A stretch of 24,000 nt of DNA, taken from positions 207,668-231,667 of the forward strand of contig CAVRLZ010000030.1 of NCBI GenBank assembly GCA_963721895.1. Reading direction: 5' to 3'. This document shows positions 9,062 to 17,570 of the stretch, in pieces. The stretch comes from an uncultured Chloroflexia bacterium. GTDB lineage: Bacteria > Chloroflexota > Anaerolineae > Ardenticatenales > Ardenticatenaceae. Within the stretch, counting starts at the first letter, position 1, and each line of letters begins with the position of its first letter. Made by a program: the position numbers and the translations under genes. Below the pieces are notes generated by a model that saw nothing but the letters and a program-made list of their open reading frames with translations, had not been told where the DNA came from and made no database searches.

Positions 9062-9370
9062 ATGCCATGGCAGTTTCGGGTTGGTGAGGAACTAGGGATC
9101 GCAAACTGCGACTTTGTAGCGCAGGGAGAAAGCGAGGGGGAGGTGGTCGAGCAGGTGGTCCAACATCTGCGACAGGACCATAATGTGGCGATGCCGGACG
9201 CCGAAGTCATCCTGCAGCAGAACGCACACTTTTTCCAGGATGAGGCAGTGCAGGCCGTTGTGCGGCGGCTGCGTGACCACCTTAATCTTGGCACGGCTGA
9301 GGGCCGGCCTTACACGACCGACACCCCGCCCCCTGGGATTGACAGTGGAAGCCCCTTAAACCGTGGTTAA
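9062..9370 (+). CDS. Small DUF1059-like protein
   Basis: QFRVGEELGIANCDFVAQGESEGEVVEQVVQHLRQDHNVAMPDAEVI resembles DUF1059; AGGAGG RBS just upstream of ATG at 9062. Confidence 0.6.
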   Translation: MPWQFRVGEELGIANCDFVAQGESEGEVVEQVVQHLRQDHNVAMPDAEVILQQNAHFFQDEAVQAVVRRLRDHLNLGTAEGRPYTTDTPPPGIDSGSPLNRG

Positions 9371-9378
9371 CATGTTAT

Positions 9379-9401
9379 GCCAGAGCAGAGGTGGCTTTTT
9401 T
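9379..9401 (+). terminator. Weak possible terminator of the + strand operon (GCCA-N9-TGGC followed by TTTTTT)
   Basis: 4-bp stem followed by a six-T run, directly after the last + strand stop codon (TAA 9368-9370). Confidence 0.3.
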
Positions 9402-9531
9402 GTGAGGTAGGGGAGCGAAGGAGGAGCTGGAGCGAGTAGAGCAAAGGGGTGGCCTGGCGCGTACGAGACGGGCTACCCGCTCTGCAGGTGGCAGAGTATG
9501 ATAAGTGGGGCGCGTGCTTGTGCGGTAGCGT

Positions 9532-9590
9532 CCGGTTTTGAGCGGGATGCGTTCCGGGTGGCGTAGCCGGGCCAGCGCGCTGAAAACCGG
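9532..9590. repeat. Imperfect inverted repeat CCGGTTTTGAGCG ... CGCTGAAAACCGG in the convergent spacer
   Basis: Arms 9532-9544 and 9578-9590 match at 12 of 13 positions; loop is 33 nt. Confidence 0.55.
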
Positions 9591-9711
9591 TGGGTGTCAA
9601 CCTGGGGGCATCATGGCCCCAATAGCTTTCGCAGCGGCTTCCGCATAGTCCGTGTGCCTTCTGCCCTGGCGCGGCGCCGTCGCCCTACCAGGCACGCAAA
9701 AAAAGTAAGAG

Positions 9712-9741
9712 AAAAGGGTGGCCCCGCGGGGCCACCCTTTT
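9712..9741 (-). terminator. Rho-independent terminator downstream of ftsZ (end of dcw cluster)
   Basis: Perfect 30-bp palindrome AAAAGGGTGGCCCCG/CGGGGCCACCCTTTT, followed on the - strand by CTCTTACTTTTTTTG. Confidence 0.85.
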
Positions 9742-9786
9742 CGGCGTGTCAGAACCTCCCGCCCGTGACGATGGACGGGGAGCAGA

Positions 9787-10980
9787 CTAGCGTCGGCGCA
9801 GGAAGGCTGGAATGTCCAGGTCCTCGCGGTCGAAGTTGCGGACCGGGAACTCCTTGACCTTCTCCTGCGGGCGGGCCGCCGCGCTCTGGGTCGCTGCCTG
9901 GCTTATCGGCGGCTTCTGCTGGATGGGGGCGCCGCGATGGGGGGGCGTCGCCGTCCCCTGGTTAGCGGCGCGGGGCAGTGCCTGCTGCTGCTGCTGGGGG
10001 CGGGCTTGCTGCTCGAACCCTGTGGCAATCACCGTGATGCGCAACTCGTCCTGCATCGTCGGCTCGATCACCGCACCGAAGATGATGTTCGCGTTCGGGT
10101 CAGTCGTGCCACGGATGATTTCCGCCGCCTCGTTCACCTCGAACAGGCTCAGGTCCGGCCCGCCCGTGATGTTGAAGAGGACGCCGCGCGCCCCGTCAAT
10201 CGTGATATCCAGCAGGGGGCTGGAGATGGCGGCATGCGCCGCATCCACCGCGCGGCTCTCGCCCCGGCCAACGCCCACGGCCATCAGGGCGGCGCCGCCC
10301 TGCGACATGATCGAGCGTACGTCGGCGAAGTCCAGGTTGATCAGCCCTGGCTTGGTGATAAGCTCGGAGATGCCCTGGATACCCTGCCGCAGCACGTCGT
10401 CGGCCGTGCGGAAGGCATCCTGAATCGAGACGCGCTTGTCCACGATCTGCAGCAGCCGATCATTCGGGATGACGATCAGCGTGTCCACCTCGTCCTGAAG
10501 CGCCTGGAGCCCCATGCGCCCGTTTTCCGAGCGGCGGTTGCCCTCAAAGGCGAAGGGCCGGGTGACGACGCCGATGGTCAGGGCGCCTTCCTCGCGCGCC
10601 ACGCGCGCCACCACCGCAGAGGCCAGGGTGCCCGTGCCGCCGCCCATCCCCGCCGTGATGAAGACCATGTCCGCGCCGCGGATGGCCTCGCGCAGCTCGT
10701 CCACGCTTTCCTCTGCCGCCTTCGCGCCCACCTCGGGGTTGCCCCCGGCGCCCAGGCCGCGCGTCAGCTTGTCGCCGATGCGCACGCGATGGGGGGCGTC
10801 GGAGAGCACCAGGGCCTGGGCGTCGGTGTTCACCGTGATGAACTCCACCCCCTGGATGCCCTCGGCGATCATGCGATTCACTGCGTTCGAGCCGCCCCCA
10901 CCCACACCCACTACCTTGATGTTGGCGAAGTTCTCGACATCCAAACCGGACCGACTGTCTTTCTGATACGACCCGTACAT
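9787..10980 (-). CDS. ftsZ: Cell division protein FtsZ
   Basis: [66 protein letters not shown]-terminal tail [14 protein letters not shown]. Confidence 0.97.
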   Translation of the reverse strand: MYGSYQKDSRSGLDVENFANIKVVGVGGGGSNAVNRMIAEGIQGVEFITVNTDAQALVLSDAPHRVRIGDKLTRGLGAGGNPEVGAKAAEESVDELREAIRGADMVFITAGMGGGTGTLASAVVARVAREEGALTIGVVTRPFAFEGNRRSENGRMGLQALQDEVDTLIVIPNDRLLQIVDKRVSIQDAFRTADDVLRQGIQGISELITKPGLINLDFADVRSIMSQGGAALMAVGVGRGESRAVDAAHAAISSPLLDITIDGARGVLFNITGGPDLSLFEVNEAAEIIRGTTDPNANIIFGAVIEPTMQDELRITVIATGFEQQARPQQQQQALPRAANQGTATPPHRGAPIQQKPPISQAATQSAAARPQEKVKEFPVRNFDREDLDIPAFLRRR

Positions 10981-11208
10981 AAGTTATTCCTCCAGATTCA
11001 TGGGTGAAAAGGCTCGATAAGGGGTAAGACTGGGACGCGGGGCGCCGTTGCCCGAAGCGTCGAAGGATGGATAACCCGATACTCTGTCTGTGGGTCAATG
11101 GCCATCGGCCACCCTTGGCCGGTCGTACAAGGAATTCCGTCTCCTTTCATCAAAGCGAACCATAGTTCGCGGAAACGCTGGTTGTTTGGAGCGGGAAGCA
11201 TCTCCCGC

Positions 11209-12447
11209 TCAGCCCGGCAAGAGCGCGGCGAGCCAGGAGCGCAGCCGCTCGCCCCACGGCGAGGCGGCGCGCTTGCCCTGCGTGGGGCGGCGGACGCGAC
11301 CCTGCGCGCGATCCTGGTGCAGCCCCCATTCCAGCAGGCCCACGCTTGTCGCGTAGGCGGGGCTGCCGAGAACATCCACCAGCCCGTTTAAATCTTGCGG
11401 CGCGGCGATGCGCACGGGCAGGCCGAAGAACTCGCGTCCGGCCTCCTTGAGCCCCGGTAACTGCGAGGAGCCGCCGCAAAAGACCAGCCCAGCGGCCAGC
11501 AGCCCATCGTAGCCGCTGCGCTTCATCTCCCGCTGGATCAGATCGAAGATGTCGGCCAGGCGATGCTCCAAAATCTCGGCCACATCGCGCCGCGTCCAGT
11601 GCTGGAGCGCCTCGTCGCCGAAATGGGAGATGTCCAGCGGCGTGTCGTCGGCCAGTGCCGCAGGCGTGGCCGAGCCGTAGCGCTTTTTGATCTCCTCCGC
11701 GACGGGGTAGGGGCACTGCAACCCCACCGCCAGATCATGAGACAGGTGATAGCCCCCAATCGGAAGCGATACCGTGTGCCACACCGAGCCTTCCAGAAAG
11801 ATCGAGATGTCGGTCGTGCCGCCGCCGATGTCCACCAGCACCACGCCCAACTCCTTCTCGTCATCGGTCAGCACGGCCTCGCTGCTCGCCAGGGGCTCCA
11901 AAACGAAAGCGTGAGCCACCACGCCAGCCATCTCGCAGCAGCGTTCGTAGGTTTGCAGGGTAGCCGTCGCGGCGGTCACGATGTGCGCCTCCACCTCCAG
12001 CCGATACCCGTGCAGGCCCAGGGGATCGCTCACCCCGTTGGAGCCGTCCAGCCAAAAGCCGCGCGGCACCACGTGGATCACCTCCTGCGAGTGGGGGATG
12101 GCGACCGCTCGGGCGGATTCAAGGGCCAGGTTTACGTCTTCGCTTTCCACGCGGCGGCTGGGGCGATTGATCGAGGTGGTGCCGCGGCTGTTCAGGGCAG
12201 CGATATGGGTGCCCGCCACGCCCACGTAGACCTCGGTAATCTCGTGGCCCGAGGTGCGTTCTGCCTTTTCCACGGCGAGTTGGATCGCCTCCACGGCTTC
12301 TTCCACGTTGACGATCACGCCCTTCTTGATCCCCTGCGAGGGCACGATGCCCACGCCGACGATCTTCATGCGTTGCCGCTCGTCAGTCTCGGCTACAAGG
12401 CAAGCAATCTTGCTTGTTCCAATATCCAGTCCAGTCACAATGCTCAT
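11209..12447 (-). CDS. ftsA: Cell division protein FtsA
   Basis: VTGLDIGTSKIACLVAE, VVLVDIGGGTTDISIF, GLVFCGGSSQLPGL, C-terminal amphipathic WGERLRSWLAALLPG. Confidence 0.96.
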   Translation of the reverse strand: MSIVTGLDIGTSKIACLVAETDERQRMKIVGVGIVPSQGIKKGVIVNVEEAVEAIQLAVEKAERTSGHEITEVYVGVAGTHIAALNSRGTTSINRPSRRVESEDVNLALESARAVAIPHSQEVIHVVPRGFWLDGSNGVSDPLGLHGYRLEVEAHIVTAATATLQTYERCCEMAGVVAHAFVLEPLASSEAVLTDDEKELGVVLVDIGGGTTDISIFLEGSVWHTVSLPIGGYHLSHDLAVGLQCPYPVAEEIKKRYGSATPAALADDTPLDISHFGDEALQHWTRRDVAEILEHRLADIFDLIQREMKRSGYDGLLAAGLVFCGGSSQLPGLKEAGREFFGLPVRIAAPQDLNGLVDVLGSPAYATSVGLLEWGLHQDRAQGRVRRPTQGKRAASPWGERLRSWLAALLPG

Positions 12448-12541
12448 ACATCTGCTCCTCGCTCAAGATGGAGGGTCAACGCGTGCTGACCAACTACCGC
12501 CACGCGTGCTTGCCTCCGCACGCTCCCACTTTTGATCTTTG

Positions 12542-13394
12542 TCACTCCCCTACACGGTAGTAGGGATGTTCCGGCACGCTCAAATCCAGCAGCACTATCT
12601 TTTGATCCGACTGGATTTGCTCCTGAAAGGCATGGTAGGCAGCTACTTTTGCAGCAATCCGCGTGTGATCCCCGAAGGTGACTTGCCAACCGCCATCTGT
12701 CACAAACGAGAGGCCGAGCCCGGCCTCCCAATCATAGGCGCGCCGCTCCGGCAGTAACTGGATCAACTCGGCGGCGCTCCGCACCGCTTCTGGGTCCACG
12801 GTTGTCCCTGCCAGCACCGGGTTGTCGCCCAGGTCTCGGATGACCAGCATCTCGGTGGCATCGCCGCGCAACCCAAAGAGGGTGCCCTCGCTGTCCACGT
12901 AGAAGCTTTGCCCCGCCGATTGCCACACCGCCACTGGGATACGTTCCTGCACCTGCACCCATACCCTGTTGGGGGGGAGCGCTGACACCACAGCACGGGC
13001 AACGAGGGGGTCTTCCTCCAGCCGCTTCGCCACCGCGCGCGGGTTTATCCAGAAAAAGCTGAGCGCCTCCGAGGTTGGATCGGTTGTATATCTCCGCCTT
13101 TGTCAGAAGACGCGCCCCCTTCACCTCGATGTCATAGATGTAGAACCAGGAGGTGCCGAAGAGCACGTAGAGCAGGCATGCCGTGACCAGAAAGGCGGTC
13201 AGCAGCGCAAAGCGACTGCGTAGCCAGCCGGTCAGATGGGACGGGTCCCAGGGTCGGGCGGGCGCGGCGGCCCGCTTGCTTTCCGCCTGGTAGCGCTTCA
13301 GGCGCTGCGAGCGGCGCCCGCCCCCCAGCGTCAGTTTCCCGAAGGTCAGTTGTCGGCTCAACTGCTGTATTGTGCGCTTGCGTCGTCGGGTCAT
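12542..13394 (-). CDS. ftsQ: Cell division protein FtsQ (POTRA domain), split by an apparent 1-nt frameshift at 13053-13057
   Basis: N-terminal TM LLTAFLVTACLLYVLF, then FYIYDIEVKGARLLTKAEIYNRSNLGG; the other frame supplies FWINPRAVAKRLEEDPLVARAVVSALPPNRVWVQVQERIPVAVW. Position between ddl and ftsA. Confidence 0.88.
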
Positions 13395-13423
13395 GTCGGG
13401 TCCATCTTCGATCAAAGGGACGG

Positions 13424-14542
13424 CTAATGGGTCTGGTTGCGTGCCCGCTCCTGGTGGCGCTCGATCGCCAGGGCGACAAGCGTCTCCAGAAGTTCCGCAT
13501 AGGAAAGGCCGCTCGCCTGCCAGAGCAGGGGATACATACTGGTCGGCGTGAAGCCGGGCATGGTGTTCAGTTCGTTCAGGAAAAACTCGCCGCTTTCTCG
13601 GTCTAGCAGAAAGTCCACGCGGCTCAGGCCGGCGGCGTCTACCACCTCGAAGGCGCGAATGGCCATCTCGCGCACCGTTTCCATCTGCGCCTCGCTGAGC
13701 GGCGCGGGGATGAGCAGGTCGGCCTGCCCCGCCGTGTACTTGGACTCGTAATCGTAAAAGTCGTAGCGCTCGTGCGGCACGATTTCCCCCGCGACGCTGG
13801 CGGCGGGCGCCTCGTTGCCCAACACCGCCACCTCGATCTCGCGCGGGCGCTCCAGCCCCTGCTCCACCAGCAGGCGGCGGTCATAGCGCGCGGCCAGGGT
13901 CAGCGCTTCGCGCAGTTCCTCGCGCGATCGCGCCTTCGAGATGCCCACGCTGCTGCCCATGTTGGCGGGCTTCACGAAGAGCGGGTAGGCGAGCCTTGCC
14001 TCCACCCGATCCAACACGCGCTCCGCTGCCTCCTCCCACTCGCGTCGCGTCGTGGCGACGAATGGGAGGACGGGCAGCCCTGCGGCCATGAACTGCCCCT
14101 TCATCAATATCTTGTCCATGCTCACCGACGAGCCTGCCACGCCGCTCCCCACATAGGGTAGCCCCGCTAGCTCCAAAAGCCCCTGGACTGTGCCATCCTC
14201 GCCGAACGGCCCATGGAGCACGGGGAAGACCACATCTGCCTGGGCGAGCGGTCCGCTGGAGCGGGTGTCGGTGGCCGCGAGCGCTCGACCTTCTACCAGC
14301 GCGGCTTCCGCCTCCAGGGGGGCCACGCCAGGGAGGGCGCGCTGGTGGGCCGCCGCCTGGGTCAACAGCGCCATAGGCTCGCCGCTGAACAGCCAGCGTC
14401 CCTCGCGCGTGATCCCAACCGGCAGCACCTCATAGCGGGTGGGGTCAAGCGCCTGCATGATGCCGCGTGCGCTCGACAGCGACACCTCATGCTCGCCGCT
14501 TTGTCCACCAAACACCAGGGCCACGCGAATCTTTTCCCCCAT
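13424..14542 (-). CDS. ddl: D-alanine--D-alanine ligase
   Basis: VALVFGGQSGEHEVSLSSA, PLFVKPANMGSSVGISKA, DFLLDRESGEFFLNELNTMPGFTPTSMYPLLW. Confidence 0.97.
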   Translation of the reverse strand: MGEKIRVALVFGGQSGEHEVSLSSARGIMQALDPTRYEVLPVGITREGRWLFSGEPMALLTQAAAHQRALPGVAPLEAEAALVEGRALAATDTRSSGPLAQADVVFPVLHGPFGEDGTVQGLLELAGLPYVGSGVAGSSVSMDKILMKGQFMAAGLPVLPFVATTRREWEEAAERVLDRVEARLAYPLFVKPANMGSSVGISKARSREELREALTLAARYDRRLLVEQGLERPREIEVAVLGNEAPAASVAGEIVPHERYDFYDYESKYTAGQADLLIPAPLSEAQMETVREMAIRAFEVVDAAGLSRVDFLLDRESGEFFLNELNTMPGFTPTSMYPLLWQASGLSYAELLETLVALAIERHQERARNQTH

Positions 14543-14546
14543 CCCC

Positions 14547-15524
14547 TTACCGTTCCCCCAACCGGGCTTCTAGCGCTTCCCACTCGCCCACAAACTCGAT
14601 TTCCGGCTTCAGCAGGATGCCGAAGCGTTGGTAAACTACCCGTTGCCCATGCTCCACCAGGGCGCGCACATCGCTGGCCGTGGCCATGCCCTCATGGACT
14701 ATAAAATTGGCATGCTTCTCGCTGAAGCGCGCGCCGCCGATGCTGAAGCCTTTCAGCCCCGCCGCATCGAGCAGTCGCCCGGCCGCATCGCCCGGCGGGT
14801 TGCTGAAGGTGCTGCCGCCGCTCGCGGCGCGCGGCTGCGTGGCGGTGCGTTCCGCGATGTACCGGGCATTGCGCGCAGCAATCTCCGCAGGCTCGCCACG
14901 GTCCAGGCGGAACCAGGCTCGCACCACAAGCGGGCGCTCGGCGGCTGGCAGGTCCAGGATGGCTGAACCGCGATAGCGGAGCCCCAACTCGCTGGCCGGC
15001 ATCGTTTGCACTGCATCGCTGCCTGGGCGTAGTACTTCGATGGAAAGCAGCCGATCGCGCGTCTCGCTCCCCCAGGCGCCTGCGTTCTGCACCACCGCCC
15101 CGCCCACCGTGCCGGGCACCCCAACCCCCCACTCCATGCCTGTCGCGCCGCGCCGCGCCAGTTCGCCAGCCAGCCGCGGCAACTGCACGCCCGATTCCGC
15201 TGCCAGCACAAAGCCCTCCCCTGAGGGGAGAAGCTCGTAGTCATTGGCCCGATTCAAAATCACTATGCCCTTGATGCCGGCGTCCGCCACCAGAATGTTC
15301 GAGCCGCCGCCGATGATGCGGTAGGGCTGCCCGCTCGCGCGCGCGGCAATCGTCGCGCGCACCAGGCTGTCCGCGTCATTCACCCGTATCAGCCACGCTG
15401 CGGGGCCACCCAGCCGAAAAGAGGTGTGTTTGCCCATCGGCGCGTCCGGGACCACGGCGCCAGGGGCCACAGCCTCTTGCAGCAGGTCGAGCAGGAGCGA
15501 TTCCCCTGCAATAGGCGCGCTCAT
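14547..15524 (-). CDS. murB: UDP-N-acetylenolpyruvoylglucosamine reductase (MurB)
   Basis: GKHTSFRLGGPAAWLIR, IIGGGSNILVAD, GIPG-like VGVPGTVGGAVVQNAGAWG, SGGSTFSNPPGDAAGRLLDAAGLKG, LLKPEIEFVGEW. Start ATG at 15524 overlaps the murC stop (ATGA); the ORF-track extension to 16181 is antisense-frame noise within murC. Confidence 0.95.
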   Translation of the reverse strand: MSAPIAGESLLLDLLQEAVAPGAVVPDAPMGKHTSFRLGGPAAWLIRVNDADSLVRATIAARASGQPYRIIGGGSNILVADAGIKGIVILNRANDYELLPSGEGFVLAAESGVQLPRLAGELARRGATGMEWGVGVPGTVGGAVVQNAGAWGSETRDRLLSIEVLRPGSDAVQTMPASELGLRYRGSAILDLPAAERPLVVRAWFRLDRGEPAEIAARNARYIAERTATQPRAASGGSTFSNPPGDAAGRLLDAAGLKGFSIGGARFSEKHANFIVHEGMATASDVRALVEHGQRVVYQRFGILLKPEIEFVGEWEALEARLGER

Positions 15525-16900
15525 GCTCGTTGCCCCCGCTGGGCGCTGAGCGCGCTCAGGGCCTGCGGCCCCACATGCGTAATGTCGCCCGCGCCCAGCG
15601 TCAGCACGACTGCATCGTCCGGCAGGTTGTCGCACAGAAAGGCGACAATCTCTTCTGGCGATCCGCAGTAGGTGGCGGGGGGGCCAGAGATAGCCTGTGC
15701 GAGGGCTCGACTCTGCGCCGCTGCGTTTCCCTGCTCTCGTGCGGCGTACACGTCGCTGACGATCACCTGGTCTGCCTGCGTGAACGCCGTTGCAAAGGCA
15801 CCGTGCAGCGCAGCCAGGCGGCTGAAGGTGTGGGGCTGGAAGATGGCCCACAGGGGTCGCTCGCCAAATTGCTCGCGTGCTGCCTGGAGCGTGGCACGAA
15901 TCTCGGTAGGGTGATGGGCGTAATCGTCGAACAGCGCAATCTCGCCCACCGAGCCGACCCACTGGAATCGTCGCTCCGCCCCGCGAAAGGTGGCGAGGGT
16001 GGCCTGCATGGTGCCCACATCCATCCCCATCCGCTCCCCGACGGCAATAGCGGCCAGGGCGTTGAGCACGTTGTGGCGGCCAGGCACCGTCAGGCGGAAG
16101 GCACCGAACGGAACGCCCTCGCGCACCGCCACAAAGTCTAGCCCGCCTTCGCGGTTCTGCTTGAGGCCCCCCGCGCGCCACATCGCCCCCTCCTGGAAGC
16201 CATAGCCGATGACTGTCTGGCGAGGCGGCTGCGCGGCAAGCACTGCCCTTACCCCCTCATCATCGGTGCAGGCGATGATCGCGCCATCCCGCTGGACCTG
16301 CGCCACAAAGCGAACAAAGGCATCCTGGACCGCTGCCTCGGTGGGGAAGATGTCCGGGTGGTCGTGCTCCACGTTCAACAGCACGGCAACAGCCGGGCGA
16401 AGCCCTAGAAAGGCATGGTCGTACTCGTCCGCCTCGATCACGAAGAGCCGCCCGCCCCCCACGCGCGCGTTGCCCCCCAGTTGTGGCACCTCCGCCCCCA
16501 CCACCACAGTCGGGTCCAGCCCCGCTTCGTCCAGCATGAGGGCGATGAGCGCCGTCGTGGTGGACTTGCCGTGGGTGCCTGCAACGGCGATCAGCTCCGA
16601 CTCGCGCGTCATCTCGGCCAGCCACTGCTCGCGCTTGAGCACCGGGATGCCCGCCGCCTCTGCCGCGCGCCGCTCCGGATTGTCGGCGGGCACGGCGCTG
16701 GACACGACCACCACATCCGCCCCCTCCACCCACGCGGCCTGATGGCCCACGTAGACGCGGGCACCCAGTGCTTCCAGGGCATCGGTGCGTGCAGAGCGCT
16801 CGCGGTCAGAGCCGCTTACCTGCCAGCCGCGCGCCAGCATCACGCGGGCCAGAGCGCTCAGCCCTGCCCCCCCGATGCCGACAAAGTAAACGTGTTTCAT
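15521..16900 (-). CDS. murC: UDP-N-acetylmuramate--L-alanine ligase (MurC)
   Basis: VYFVGIGGAGLSALARVM, AVAGTHGKSTTTALI, EADEYDHAFLGLRP, LFDDYAHHPTEIRATL, FQPHTFSRL. Confidence 0.97.
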   Translation of the reverse strand: MKHVYFVGIGGAGLSALARVMLARGWQVSGSDRERSARTDALEALGARVYVGHQAAWVEGADVVVVSSAVPADNPERRAAEAAGIPVLKREQWLAEMTRESELIAVAGTHGKSTTTALIALMLDEAGLDPTVVVGAEVPQLGGNARVGGGRLFVIEADEYDHAFLGLRPAVAVLLNVEHDHPDIFPTEAAVQDAFVRFVAQVQRDGAIIACTDDEGVRAVLAAQPPRQTVIGYGFQEGAMWRAGGLKQNREGGLDFVAVREGVPFGAFRLTVPGRHNVLNALAAIAVGERMGMDVGTMQATLATFRGAERRFQWVGSVGEIALFDDYAHHPTEIRATLQAAREQFGERPLWAIFQPHTFSRLAALHGAFATAFTQADQVIVSDVYAAREQGNAAAQSRALAQAISGPPATYCGSPEEIVAFLCDNLPDDAVVLTLGAGDITHVGPQALSALSAQRGQRA

Positions 16901-16949
16901 CCGTTGCCCGTTGTATCCACTCGATTGATAAAAGAAGTGCCGTCGCGCC

Positions 16950-17570
16950 TCAGGTGGCGCGCAGGGTCTTGTCCACTCGCCCCAGCAGGGCGAACAGCAG
17001 CCCGTGCCAGAATACCAGCAGCAAAACCAGCAGGATCAGGTTCTGCGCCTTGATCAGGTCCTCGTAGGCAGCAAACGGGTTGTTCACAAAGGCCAACGTG
17101 ACCAACGCGCGCCCGAAGGAGCCATCCAGGCTCAGGTTGCCATTGAAGACCAGCGTGAAGCCCTCGAAGTGGGTGGCTATCCAATCGCGCCCCAGGTCCA
17201 GCAGCAGCACCACAAAAAAGTACCCGTTCAGCAGCCCGGTGGTGATGCCGGACAGCCGATCCCGCCGATCCACTACCCGCGTCGGGATGATCTTGCTGTT
17301 GAACGTGACCACCACCATGATGACGGAGGCGACGTAGAGCCCGATTTGAAACAAGCCGCGCAGGTCATCACTCAACTCGATGCCGAGCACGAAGCCGATG
17401 GCGGCAATCAGAAAGTCCACAGTCTTGAGCGCCACGCCCCAGGCGAAAAAGAAGGAAACCAGGGTGACCAGCCCGCGTTGCCATCCATGTCGCAGGCCAA
17501 TCATCGAGAAGAGGAGCATGGCCAGCAGCACGACGCTGTTCCAGTCTAGTTCGATTGTTCGCTCAACCAT
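16950..17570 (-). CDS. CvpA-like integral membrane protein
   Basis: MVERTIELDWNSVVLLAMLLFSMIGLRHGWQRGLVTLVSFFFAWGV..., four hydrophobic segments, CvpA-like N-terminal layout. ATG at 17570 overlaps the murG stop region (17563). Confidence 0.6.
   Translation of the reverse strand: MVERTIELDWNSVVLLAMLLFSMIGLRHGWQRGLVTLVSFFFAWGVALKTVDFLIAAIGFVLGIELSDDLRGLFQIGLYVASVIMVVVTFNSKIIPTRVVDRRDRLSGITTGLLNGYFFVVLLLDLGRDWIATHFEGFTLVFNGNLSLDGSFGRALVTLAFVNNPFAAYEDLIKAQNLILLVLLLVFWHGLLFALLGRVDKTLRAT

Noticed and set aside
10846-10980. Possible programmed frameshift or recoding signal in the dcw cluster
   Set aside because: No slippery site plus downstream structure could be supported; the frame breaks in ftsQ, murD and murF are more simply explained as indel errors.
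9937-11007. 356-aa + strand ORF antisense to ftsZ
   Set aside because: Lies opposite a clear ftsZ; low-complexity, Arg/His/Ala-rich translation typical of shadow ORFs in GC-rich DNA; no family-like motifs.
10998-11375. 125-aa - strand ORF over the ftsA end and the ftsA-ftsZ gap
   Set aside because: Mostly off-frame FtsA codons plus leader sequence; no RBS-start pairing or family signal; more likely noncoding leader.
11563-12489. 308-aa + strand ORF antisense to ftsA
   Set aside because: Complementary to conserved FtsA; composition looks like a shadow ORF.
15525-16181. N-terminal extension of the murB ORF in the ORF track
   Set aside because: Overlaps murC in another frame and lacks MurB similarity; the real start is the ATG at 15524 overlapping the murC stop.
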